From assembly GCF_009914755.1 (NCBI RefSeq), contig NC_060942.1: a stretch of DNA of 64,000 nt. One strand, given 5' to 3'. Position numbers and translations under genes: made by a program. Below the pieces are notes generated by a model, which saw only the letters and a program-made list of their open reading frames with translations, was not told where the DNA came from and searched no databases. Numbering within the stretch: the stretch's first letter is position 1; the number at the start of each line of letters is the position of its first letter. Of the stretch, positions 40,977 through 54,528 are shown piece after piece. This stretch comes from the human T2T-CHM13v2.0 reference genome, Homo sapiens.

Positions 40977-43900
40977 CATTCTCAGAAACTTATTTGAGAT
41001 GTGTGTACTCAACTAAGAGAATTGAACCACCGTTTTGAAGGAGCAGTTTTGAAACACTCTTTTTCTGGAATCTGCAAGTGGATATTTGGCTAGCTTTGGG
41101 GATTTCGCTGGAAGCGGGAATACATATAAAAAGCACACAGCAGCGTTCTGAGAAACTGCTTTCTGATGTTTGCATTCAAGTCAAAAGTTGAACACTCCCT
41201 TTCATAGAGCAGTCTTGAAACACCCCTTTTGTAGTATCTGGAACTGGACATTTGGAGCGCTTTCAGGGCTAAGGTGAAAAAGGAAATATCTTCCCATAAA
41301 AACTGGACAGAAGCATTCTCAGAAACTTGTTTATGCTGTATCTACTCAACTAACAAAGTTGAACCTTTCTTTTGATAGAGCAGTTTTGAAATGCTCTTTT
41401 TGTGGAATCTGCAAGTGGATAGTTGGCTAGTTTTGAGGATTTCGTTGGAAGCGGGAATTCATACAAATTGCAGACTGCAGCGTTCTGAGAAACATCTTTG
41501 TGATGTTTGTATTCAGGACACAGAGTTGAACATTCCCTATCATAGAGCAGGTTGGAATCACACCTTTTGTAGTATCTGTAAGTGGATATTTGGAGCGCTT
41601 TAAGGCCTATGTTGAAAAAGGAAATATCTTCCCATAACAACTAGGCAGAAGCATTCTCAGAAACTTGTTTGTGATATGTGCAATCTACTGACACAGTTGA
41701 ACCTTTCTTTTCATAGAGCACTTTCGAAACACTCTTTTTGTAGAATCTGCAAGAGGATATTTGCATAGCTTTGAGGATTTCGTGGGAAACGGGATTGTCT
41801 TCAGGTAAAATCTAGACAGAAGCATTCTCAGAAACTTCTTTGGGATGTTTGCATTCAAGTCACAGAGTAGAACATTCCCTTTGGTAGAGCAGGTTTGAAA
41901 CACTCTTTTTGTAGTGTGTGTAAGTGGACATTTGGAACGCTTTCAGGCCTACGTTGGAAAAGGAAATATCTTCCCATAACAACTAGACAGAAGCATTCTC
42001 AGAAACTAGTTTCTGATGTGTGTCCTCAACTAACACAGTTGAACATTTCTTTAGACAGAACAGTTTTGAAACACTCTTTTTGTGGAATCTGCAAGTGGAT
42101 ATTTGGCTAGATTTGAGGATTTCGTTGCAAACGGGATTACATATAAAAAGCAGACAGCAGCATTCTCAGAAACTTCTTTGTGATGATTGCATTCAAGTCA
42201 CAGAATTGAACATTCCCTTTCACAGAGCAGGTTTGAAACACTCTTTTTGTAGTGTGTGTAAGTGGACATTTGGAGCGCTTTCCGGCCTAAGGTGAACAAG
42301 GAAATATCTTCCCATAAAAACTAGACAGAAGCATTCTCAGAAACTTACTCGTGATGTGTGTCCTCAACTTAAGGAGTAGAACCTTTCTTTTCATAGAGAA
42401 GTTTTGAAATGCTCTTTTTGTGGAATCTGCAAGTGGATATTTGGCTAGTTTTGAGGATTTCGTTGGAAGCGGGAATTCATACAAATTGCAGACTGCAGCG
42501 TTCTGAGAGACATCTTTGTGATGTTTGTATTAAGGACACAGAGTTGAACATTCCCTATCATAGAGCAGGTTGGAATCACTCCTTTTGTAGTATCTGGAAG
42601 TGGACATTTGGAGCGCTTTCAGGCCTATGTTGAAAAAGGAAATATCTTCCCATAACAACTAGACAGAAGCATTCTCAGAAACTTGTTTGTGATGTGTGCC
42701 CTCTACTGACACAGTTGAACCTTTCTTTTCATAGAGCAGTTTCGAAACACTCTTTTTGTAGAATCTGCAAGAGGATATTTGCATAGCTTTGAGGATTTCG
42801 TGGGAAACGGGATTGTCTTCAGGTAAAATCTAGACAGAAGCATTCTCAGAAACTTCTTTGGGATGTTTGCATTCAAGTCACAGAGTAGAACATTCCCTTT
42901 GGTAGAGCAGGTTTGAAACACTCTTTTTGTAGTGTGTGTAAGTGGACATTTGGAGCGCTTTCTGGCCTACGTTGGAAAAGGAAATATCTTCCCATAACAA
43001 CTAGACAGAAGCATTCTCAGAAACTAGTTTCTGATGTGTGTCCTCAACTAACACAGTTGAACATTTCTTTAGACAGAACAGTTTTGAAACACTCTTTTTG
43101 TGGAATCTGCAAGTGGATATTTGGCTAGATTTGAGGATTTCGTTGGAAACGGGATTACATATAAAAAGCAGACAGCAGCATTCTCAGAAACTTCTTTGTG
43201 ATGATTGCATTCAAGTCACAGAATTGAACATTCCCTTTCACAGAGCAGGTTTGAAACACTCTTTTTGTAGTGTGTGTAAGTGGACATTTGGGACGCTTTT
43301 CGGCCTAAGGTGAACAAGGAAATATCTTCCCATAAAAACTAGACAGAAGCATTCTCAGAAACTTACTCGTGATGTGTGTCCTCAACTAAAGGAGTAGAAC
43401 CTTTCTTTTCATAGAGAAGTTTTGAAACGCTCTTTTTGTGGACTCTGCAAGTGGATATTTGGCTAGTTTTGAGGATTTCGTTGGAAGCGGGAATTCATAC
43501 AAATTGCAGACCGCAGCGTTCTGAGAAACATCTTTGTGATGTTTGTATTCAGGACACAGAGTTGAACATTCCCTATCATAGAGCAGGTTGGAATCACTCC
43601 TTTTGTAGTATCTGGAAGTGGACATTTGGAGCGCTTTCAGGCCTATGTTGGAAAAGGAAATATCTTCCCATAACAACTAGACAGAAGCATTCTCAGAAAC
43701 TTATTTGAGATGTGTGTACTCAACTAAGAGAATTGAACCACCGTTTTGAAGGAGCAGTTTTGAAACACTCTTTTTCTGGAATCTGCAAGTGGATATTTGG
43801 CTAGCTTTGGGGATTTCGCTGGAAGCGGGAATACATATAAAAAGCACACAGCAGCGTTCTGAGAAACTGCTTTCTGATGTTTGCATTCAAGTCAAAAGTT

Positions 43901-46900
43901 GAACACTCCCTTTCATAGAGCAGTCTTGAAACACCCCTTTTGTAGTATCTGGAACTGGACATTTGGAGCGCTTTCAGGGCTAAGGTGAAAAAGGAAATAT
44001 CTTCCCATAAAAACTGGACAGAAGCATTCTCAGAAACTTGTTTATGCTGTATCTACTCAACTAACAAAGTTGAACCTTTCTTTTGATAGAGCAGTTTTGA
44101 AATGCTCTTTTTGTGGAATCTGCAAGTGGATATTTGGCTAGGTTTGAGGATTTCGTTGGAAGCGGGAATTCATACAAATTGCAGACTGCAGCGTTCTGAG
44201 AAACATCTTTGTGATGTTTGTATTCAGGACACAGAGTTGAACATTCCCTATCATAGAGCAGGTTGGAATCACTCCTTTTTTAGTATCTGGAAGTGGACAT
44301 TTGGAGCGCTTTCAGGCCTATGTTGAAAAAGGAAATATCTTCCCATAACAACTAGACAGAAGCATTCTCAGAAACTTGTTTGTGATGTGTGCCCTCTACT
44401 GACACAGTTGAACCTTTCTTTTCATAGAGCAGTTTCGAAACACTCTTTTTGTAGAATCTGCAAGAGGATATTTGCATAGCTTTGAGGATTTCGTGGGAAA
44501 CGGGATTGTCTTCAGGTAAAATCTAGACAGAAGCATTCTCAGAAACTACTTTGGGATGTTTGCATTCAAGTCACAGAGTAGAACATTCCCTTTGGTAGAG
44601 CAGGTTTGAAACACTCTTTTTGTAGTGTGTGTAAGTGGACATTTGGAGCGCTTTCAGGCCTACGTTGGAAAAGGAAATATCTTCCCATAACAACTAGACA
44701 GAAGCATTCTCAGAAACTAGTTTCTGATGTGTGTCCTCAACTAACACAGTTGAACATTTCTTTAGCAGAACAGTTTTGAAACACTCTTTTTGTGGAATCT
44801 GCAAGTGGATATTTGGCTAGATTTGAGGATTTCGTTGGAAACGGGATTACATATAAAAAGCAGACAGCAGCATTCTCAGAAACTTCTTTGTGATGATTGC
44901 ATTCAAGTCACAGAATTGAACATTCCCTTTCACAGAGCAGGTTTGAAACACTCTTTTTGTAGTGTGTGTAAGTGGACATTTGGAGCGCTTTCCGGCCTAA
45001 AGTGAACAAGGAAATATCTTCCCATAAAAACTAGACAGAAGCATTCTCAGAAACTTACTCGTGATGTGTGTCCTCAACTAAAGAAGTAGAACCTTTCTTT
45101 TCATAGAGAAGTTTTGAAACGCTCTTTTTGTGGAATCTGCAAGTGGATATTTGGCTAGTTTTGAGGATTTCGTTGGAAGCGGGAATTCATACAAATTGCA
45201 GACTGCAGCGTTCTGAGAAACATCTTTGTGATGTTTGTATTCAGGACACAGAGTTGAACATTCCCTATCATAGAGCAGGTTGGAATCACTCCTTTTGTAG
45301 TATCTGGAAGTGGACATTTGGAGCACTTTCAGGCCTATGTTAGAAAAGGAAATATCTTCCCATAACAACTAGACAGAAGCATTCTCAGAAACTTATTTGA
45401 GATGTGTGTACTCAACTAAGAGAATTGAACCACCGTTTTGAAGGAGCAGTTTTGAAACACTCTTTTTCTGGAATCTGCAAGTGGATATTTGGCTAGCTTT
45501 GGGGATTTCGCTGGAAGCGGGAATACATATAAAAAGCACACAGCAGCGTTCTGAGAAACTGCTTTCTGATGTTTGCATTCAAGTCAAAAGTTGAACACTC
45601 CCTTTCATAGAGCAGTCTTGAAACACCCCTTTTGTAGTATCTGGAACTGGACATTTGGAGCGCTTTCAGGGCTAAGGTGAAAAAGGAAATATCTTCCCAT
45701 AAAAACTGGACAGAAGCATTCTCAGAAACTTGTTTATGCTGTATCTACTCAACTAACAAAGTTGAACCTTTCTTTTGATAGAGCAGTTTTGAAATGCTCT
45801 TTTTGTGGAATCTGCAAGTGGATATTTGGCTAGGTTTGAGGATTTCGTTGGAAGCGGGAATTCATACAAATTGCAGACTGCAGCGTTCTGAGAAACATCT
45901 TTGTGATGTTTGTATTCAGGACAGAGAGTTGAACATTCCCTATCATAGAGCAGGTTGGAATCACTCCTTTTTTAGTATCTGGAAGTGGACATTTGGAGCG
46001 CTTTCAGGCCTATGTTGAAAAAGGAAATATCTTCCCATAACAACTAGACAGAAGCATTCTCAGAAACTTGTTTGTGATGTGTGCCCTCTACTGACACAGT
46101 TGAACCTTTCTTTTCATAGAGCAGTTTCGAAACACTCTTTTTGTAGAATCTGCAAGAGGATATTTGCATAGCTTTGAGGATTTCGTGGGAAACGGGATTG
46201 TCTTCAGGTAAAATCTAGACAGAAGCATTCTCAGAAACTACTTTGGGACGTTTGCATTCAAGTCACAGAGTAGAACATTCCCTTTGGTAGAGCAGGTTTG
46301 AAACACTCTTTTTGTAGTGTGTGTAAGTGGACATTTGGAGCGCTTTCAGGCCTACGTTGGAAAAGGAAATATCTTCCCATAACAACTAGACAGAAGCATT
46401 CTCAGAAACTAGTTTCTGATGTGTGTCCTCAACTAACACAGTTGAACATTTCTTTAGACAGAACAGTTTTGAAACACTCTTTTTGTGGAATCTGCAAGTG
46501 GATATTTGGCTAGATTTGAGGATTTCGTTGGAAACGGGATTACATATAAAAAGCAGACAGCAGCATTCTCAGAAACTTCTTTGTGATGATTGCATTCAAG
46601 TCACAGAATTGAACATTCCCTTTCACAGAGCAGGTTTGAAACACTCTTTTTGTAGTGTGTGTAAGTGGACATTTGGAGCGCTTTTCGGCCTAAGGTGAAC
46701 AAGGAAATACCTTCCCATAAAAATTAGACAGAAGCATTCTCAGAAACTTACTCGTGATGTGTGTCCTCAACTAAAGGAGTAGAACCTTTCTTTTCATAGA
46801 GAAGTTTTGAAACGCTCTTTTTGTGGACTCTGCAAGTGGATGTTTGGCTAGGTTTGAGGATTTCGTTGGAAGCGGGAATTCATACAAATTGCAGACTGCA

Positions 46901-49782
46901 GCGTTCTGAGAAACATCTTTGTGATGTTTGTATTCAGGACACAGAGTTGAACATTCCCTATCATAGAGCAGGTTGGAATCACTCCTTTTGTAGTATCTGG
47001 AAGTGGACATTTGGAGCGCTTTCAGGCCTATGTTGAAAAAGGAAATATCTTCCCATAACAACTAGGCAGAAGCATTCTCAGAAACTTGTTTGTGATGTGT
47101 GCCCTCTACTGACACAGTTGATCCTTTCTTTTCATAGAGCAGTTTCGAAACACTCTTTTTGTAGAATCTGCAAGAGGATATTTGCCTAGCTTTGAGGATT
47201 TCGTGGGAAACGGCATTGTCTTCAGGTAAAATCTAGACAGAAGCATTCTCAGAAACTTCTTTGGGATGTTTGCATTCAAGTCACAAAGTAGAACATTCCC
47301 TTTGGTAGAGCAGGTTTGAAACACTCTTTTTGTAGTGTGTGTAAGTGGACATTTGGAGCGCTTTCAGGCCTACGTTGGAAAAGGAAATATCTTCCCATAA
47401 CAACTAGACAGCAGCATTCTCAGAAACTAGTTTCTGATGTGTGTCCTCAACTAACACAGTTGAACATTTCTTTAGACAGAACAGTTTTGAAACACTCTTT
47501 TTGTGGAATCTGCAAGTGGATATTTGGCTAGATTTGAGGATTTCGTTGGAAACGGGATTACATATAAAAAGCAGACAGCAGCATTCTCAGAAACTTCTTT
47601 GTGATGATTGCATTCAAGTCACAGAATTGAACATTCCCTTTCACAGAGCAGGTTTGAAACACTCTTTTTGTAGTGTGTGTAAGTGGACATTTGGAGCACT
47701 TTTCGGCCTAAGGTGTACAAGGAAATATCTTCCCATAAGAACTAGACAGAAGCATTCTCAGAAACTTACTCGTGATGTGTGTCCTCAACTAAAGGAGTAG
47801 AAACTTTCTTTTCATAGAGAAGTTTTGAAACGCTCTTTTTGTGGACTCTGCAAGTGGATATTTGGCTAGTTTGGAGGATTTCGTTGGAAGCGGGAATTCA
47901 TACAAATTGCAGACTGCAGCGTTCTGAGAAACATCTTTGTGATGTTTGTATTCAGGACACAGAGTTGAACATTCCCTATCATAGAGCAGGTTGGAATCAC
48001 TCCTTTTGTAGTATCTGGAAGTGGACATTTGGAGCACTTTCAGGCCTATGTTAGAAAAGGAAATATCTTCCCATAACAACTAGACAGAAGCATTCTCAGA
48101 AACTTATTTGAGATGTGTGTACTCAACTAAGAGAATTGAACCACCGTTTTGAAGGAGCAGTTTTGAAACACTCTTTTTCTGGAATCTGCAAGTGGATATT
48201 TGGCTAGCTTTGGGGATTTCGCTGGAAGCGGGAATACATATAAAAAGCACACAGCAGCGTTCTGAGAAACTGCTTTCTGATGTTTGCATTCAAGTCAAAA
48301 GTTGAACACTCCCTTTCATAGAGCAGTCTTGAAACACCCCTTTTGTAGTATCTGGAACTGGACATTTGGAGCGCTTTCAGGGCTAAGGTGAAAAAGGAAA
48401 TATCTTCCCATAAAAACTGGACAGAAGCATTCTCAGAAACTTGTTTATGCTGTATCTACTCAACTAACAAAGTTGAACCTTTCTTTTGATAGAGCAGTTT
48501 TGAAATGCTCTTTTTGTGGAATCTGCAAGTGGATATTTGGCTAGGTTTGAGGATTTCGTTGGAAGCGGGAATTCATACAAATTGCAGACTGCAGCGTTCT
48601 GAGAAACATCTTTGTGATGTTTGTATTCAGGACACAGAGTTGAACATTCCCTATCATAGAGCAGGTTGGAATCACTCCTTTTTTAGTATCTGGAAGTGGA
48701 CATTTGGAGCGCTTTCAGGCCTATGTTGAAAAAGGAAATATCTTCCCATAACAACTAGACAGAAGCATTCTCAGAAACTTGTTTGTGATGTGTGCCCTCT
48801 ACTGACACAGTTGAACCTTTCTTTTCATAGAGCAGTTTCGAAACACTCTTTTTGTAGAATCTGCAAGAGGATATTTGCATAGCTTTGAGGATTTCGTGGG
48901 AAACGGGATTGTCTTCAGGTAAAATCTAGACAGAAGCATTCTCAGAAACTACTTTGGGATGTTTGCATTCAAGTCACAGAGTAGAACATTCCCTTTGGTA
49001 GAGCAGGTTTGAAACACTCTTTTTGTAGTGTGTGTAAGTGGACATTTGGAGCGCTTTCAGGCCTACGTTGGAAAAGGAAATATCTTCCCATAACAACTAG
49101 ACAGAAGCATTCTCAGAAACTAGTTTCTGATGTGTGTCCTCAACTAACACAGTTGAACATTTCTTTAGCAGAACAGTTTTGAAACACTCTTTTTGTGGAA
49201 TCTGCAAGTGGATATTTGGCTAGATTTGAGGATTTCGTTGGAAACGGGATTACATATAAAAAGCAGACAGCAGCATTCTCAGAAACTTCTTTGTGATGAT
49301 TGCATTCAAGTCACAGAATTGAACATTCCCTTTCACAGAGCAGGTTTGAAACACTCTTTTTGTAGTGTGTGTAAGTGGACATTTGGAGCGCTTTCCGGCC
49401 TAAAGTGAACAAGGAAATATCTTCCCATAAAAACTAGACAGAAGCATTCTCAGAAACTTACTCGTGATGTGTGTCCTCAACTAAAGAAGTAGAACCTTTC
49501 TTTTCATAGAGAAGTTTTGAAACGCTCTTTTTGTGGAATCTGCAAGTGGATATTTGGCTAGTTTTGAGGATTTCGTTGGAAGCGGGAATTCATACAAATT
49601 GCAGACTGCAGCGTTCTGAGAAACATCTTTGTGATGTTTGTATTCAGGACACAGAGTTGAACATTCCCTATCATAGAGCAGGTTGTAATCACTCCTTTTG
49701 TAGTATCTGGAAGTGGACATTTGGAGCACTTTCAGGCCTATGTTAGAAAAGGAAATATCTTCCCATAACAACTAGACAGAAG
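40977..49782 (+). repeat. HOR series 16-mer, 10-mer, 16-mer, 10-mer
   Basis: A1 starts at 40977, 43688, 45380, 48091, 49783; spacings 2711, 1692, 2711, 1692. Confidence 0.92.
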
Positions 49783-52700
49783 CATTCTCAGAAACTTATT
49801 TGAGATGTGTGTACTCAACTAAGAGAATTGAACCACCGTTTTGAAGGAGCAGTTTTGAAACACTCTTTTTCTGGAATCTGCAAGTGGATATTTGGCTAGC
49901 TTTGGGGATTTCGCTGGAAGCGGGAATACATATAAAAAGCACACAGCAGCGTTCTGAGAAACTGCTTTCTGATGTTTGCATTCAAGTCAAAAGTTGAACA
50001 CTCCCTTTCATAGAGCAGTCTTGAAACACCCCTTTTGTAGTATCTGGAACTGGACATTTGGAGCGCTTTCAGGGCTAAGGTGAAAAAGGAAATATCTTCC
50101 CATAAAAACTGGACAGAAGCATTCTCAGAAACTTGTTTATGCTGTATCTACTCAACTAACAAAGTTGAACCTTTCTTTTGATAGAGCAGTTTTGAAATGC
50201 TCTTTTTGTGGAATCTGCAAGTGGATATTTGGCTAGGTTTGAGGATTTCGTTGGAAGCGGGAATTCATACAAATTGCAGACTGCAGCGTTCTGAGAAACA
50301 TCTTTGTGATGTTTGTATTCAGGACAGAGAGTTGAACATTCCCTATCATAGAGCAGGTTGGAATCACTCCTTTTTTAGTATCTGGAAGTGGACATTTGGA
50401 GCGCTTTCAGGCCTATGTTGAAAAAGGAAATATCTTCCCATAACAACTAGACAGAAGCATTCTCAGAAACTTGTTTGTGATGTGTGCCCTCTACTGACAC
50501 AGTTGAACCTTTCTTTTCATAGAGCAGTTTCGAAACACTCTTTTTGTAGAATCTGCAAGAGGATATTTGCATAGCTTTGAGGATTTCGTGGGAAACGGGA
50601 TTGTCTTCAGGTAAAATCTAGACAGAAGCATTCTCAGAAACTACTTTGGGATGTTTGCATTCAAGTCACAGAGTAGAACATTCCCTTTGGTAGAGCAGGT
50701 TTGAAACACTCTTTTTGTAGTGTGTGTAAGTGGACATTTGGAGCGCTTTCAGGCCTACGTTGGAAAAGGAAATATCTTCCCATAACAACTAGACAGAAGC
50801 ATTCTCAGAAACTAGTTTCTGATGTGTGTCCTCAACTAACACAGTTGAACATTTCTTTAGCAGAACAGTTTTGAAACACTCTTTTTGTGGAATCTGCAAG
50901 TGGATATTTGGCTAGATTTGAGGATTTCGTTGGAAACGGGATTACATATAAAAAGCAGACAGCAGCATTCTCAGAAACTTCTTTGTGATGATTGCATTCA
51001 AGTCACAGAATTGAACATTCCCTTTCACAGAGCAGGTTTGAAACACTCTTTTTGTAGTGTGTGTAAGTGGACATTTGGAGCGCTTTCCGGCCTAAAGTGA
51101 ACAAGGAAATATCTTCCCATAAAAACTAGACAGAAGCATTCTCAGAAACTTACTCGTGATGTGTGTCCTCAACTAAAGAAGTAGAACCTTTCTTTTCATA
51201 GAGAAGTTTTGAAACGCTCTTTTTGTGGAATCTGCAAGTGGATATTTGGCTAGTTTGGAGGATTTCGTTGGAAGCGGGAATTCATACAAATTGCAGACTG
51301 CAGCGTTCTGAGAAACATCTTTGTGATGTTTGTATTCAGGACACAGAGTTGAACATTCCCTATCATAGAGCAGGTTGGAATCACTCCTTTTGTAGTATCT
51401 GGAAGTGGACATTTGGAGCGCTTTCAGGCCTATGTTGAAAAAGGAAATATCTTCCCATAACAACTAGACAGAAGCATTCTCAGAAACTTGTTTGTGATGT
51501 GTGCCCTCTACTGACACAGTTGAACCTTTCTTTTCATAGAGCACTTTCGAAACACTCTTTTTGAAGAATCTGCAAGAGGATATTTGCATAGCTTTGAGGA
51601 TTTCGTGGGAAACGTGATTGTCTTCAGGTAAAATCTAGACAGAAGCATTCTCAGAAACTTCTTTGGGATGTTTGCATTCAAGTCACAGAGTAGAACATTC
51701 CCTTTGGTAGAGCAGGTTTGAAACACTCTTTTTGTAGTGTGTGTAAGTGGACATTTGGAGCGCTTTCAGACCTACGTTGGAAAAGGAAATATCTTCCCAT
51801 AACAACTAGACAGAAGCATTCTCAGAAACTAGTTTCTGATGTGTGTCCTCAACTAACACAGTTGAACATTTCTTTAGACAGAACAGTTTTGAAACACTCT
51901 TTTTGTGGAATCTGCAAGTGGATATTTGGCTAGATTTGAGGATTTCGTTGGAAACGGGATTACATATAAAAAGCAGACAGCAGCATTCTCAGAAACTTCT
52001 TTGTGATGATTGCATTCAAGTCACAGAATTGAACATTCCCTTTCACAGAGCAGGTTTGAAACACTCTTTTTGTAGTGTGTGTAAGTGGATATTTGGAGCG
52101 CTTTCCGGCCTAAAGTGAACAAGGAAATATCTTCCCATAAAAACTAGACAGAAGCATTCTCAGAAACTTACTCGTGATGTGTGTCCTCAACTAAAGAAGT
52201 AGAACCTTTCTTTTCATAGAGAAGTTTTGAAACGCTCTTTTTGTGGACTCTGCAAGTGGATATTTGGCTAGTTTGGAGGATTTCGTTGGAAGCGGGAATT
52301 CATACAAATTGCAGACTGCAGCGTTCTGAGAAACATCTTTGTGATGTTTGTATTCAGGACACAGAGTTGAACATTCCCTATCATAGAGCAGGTTGGAATC
52401 ACTCCTTTTGTAGTATCTGGAAGTGGACATTTGGAGCGCTTTCAGGCCTATGTTGAAAAAGGAAATATCTTCCCATAACAACTAGACAGAAGCATTCTCA
52501 GAAACTTGTTTGTGATGTGTGCCCTCTACTGACACAGTTGAACCTTTCTTTTCATAGAGCAGTTTCGAAACACTCTTTTTGTAGAATCTGCAAGAGGATA
52601 TTTGCATAGCTTTGAGGATTTCGTGTGAAACGGGATTGTCTTCAGGTAAAATCTAGACAGAAGCATTCTCAGAAACTTCTTTGGGATGTTTGCATTCAAG

Positions 52701-54528
52701 TCACAGAGTAGAACATTCCCTTTGGTAGAGCATGTTTGAAACACTCTTTTTGTAGTGTGTGTAAGTGGACATTTGGAGCGCTTTCAGGCCTACGTTGGAA
52801 AAGGAAATATCTTCCCATAACAACTAGACAGAAGCATTCTCAGAAACTAGTTTCTGATGTGTGTCCTCAACTAACACAGTTGAACATTTCTTTAGACAGA
52901 ACAGTTTTGAAACACTCTTTTTGTGGAATCTGCAAGTGGATATTTGGCTAGATTTGAGGATTTCGTTGGAAACGGGATTACATATAAAAAGCAGACAGCA
53001 GCATTCTCAGAAACTTCTTTGTGATGATTGCATTCAAGTCACAGAATTGAACATTCCCTTTCACAGAGCAGGTTTGAAACACTCTTTTTGTAGTGTGTGT
53101 AAGTGGACATTTGGAGCGCTTTTCGGCCTAAGGTGTACAAGGAAATATCTTCCCATAAGAACTAGACAGAAGCATTCTCAGAAACTTACTCGTGATGTGT
53201 GTCCTCAACTAAAGGAGTAGAACCTTTCTTTTCATAGAGAAGTTTTGAAACGCTCTTTTTGTGGACTCTGCAGGTGGATATTTGGCTAGTTTGGAGGATT
53301 TCGTTGGAAGCGGGAATTCATACAAATTGCAGACTGCAGCGTTCTGAGAAACATCTTTGTGATGTTTGTATTCAGGACACAGAGTTGAACATTCCCTATC
53401 ATAGAGCAGGTTGGAATCACTCCTTTTGTAGTATCTGGAAGTGGACATTTGGAGCGCTTTCAGGCCTATGTTGAAAAAGGAAATATCTTCCCATAACAAC
53501 TAGGCAGAAGCATTCTCAGAAACTTGTTTGTGATGTGTGCCCTCTACTGACAGAGTTGAACCTTTCTTTTCATAGAGCACTTTCGAAACACTCTTTTTGT
53601 AGAATCTGCAAGAGGATATTTGCATAGCTTTGAGGATTTCGTGGGAAACGGGATTGTCTTCAGGTAAAATCTAGACAGAAGCATTCTCAGAAACTTCTTT
53701 GGGATGTTTGCATTCAAGTCACAGAGTAGAACATTCACTTTGGTAGAGCAGGTTTGAAACACTCTTTTTGTAGTGTGTGTAAGTGGACATTTGGAGCGCT
53801 TTCAGGCCTACGTTGGAAAAGGAAATATCTTCCCATAACAACTAGACAGAAGCATTCTCAGAAACTAGTTTCTGATGTGTGTCCTCAACTAACACAGTTG
53901 AACATTTCTTTAGACAGAACAGTTTTGAAACACTCTTTTTGTGGAATCTGCAAGTGGATATTTGGCTAGATTTGAGGATTTCGTTGGAAACGGGATTACA
54001 TATAAAAAGCAGACAGCAGCATTCTCAGAAACTTCTTTGTGATGATTGCATTCAAGTCACAGAATTGAACATTCCCTTTCACAGAGCAGGTTTGAAACAC
54101 GCTTTTTGTAGTGTGTGTAAGTGGACATTTGGAGCGCTTTTCGGCCTAAGGTGAACAAGGAAATATCTTCCCATAAAAACTAGACAGAAGCATTCTCAGA
54201 AACTTACTCGTGATGTGTGTACTCAACTAAAGGAGTAGAACCTTTCTTTTCATAGAGAAGTTTTGAAACGCTCTTTTTGTGGACTCTGCAAGTGGATATT
54301 TGGCTAGTTTGGAGGATTTCGTTGGAAGCGGGAATTCATACAAATTGCAGACTGCAGCGTTCTGAGAAACATCTTTGTGATGTTTGTATTCAGGACACAG
54401 AGTTGAACATTCCCTATCATAGAGCAGGTTGGAATCACTCCTTTTGTAGTATCTGGAAGTGGACATTTGGAGCGCTTTCAGGCCTATGTTGGAAAAGGAA
54501 ATATCTTCCCATAACAACTAGACAGAAG
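49783..54528 (+). repeat. 28-mer HOR variant AB(CDE)x4 (4746 bp)
   Basis: No A1 monomer between 49783 and 54529; C1 recurs every ~1018 bp; 4746 = 1692 + 3x1018. Confidence 0.92.
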
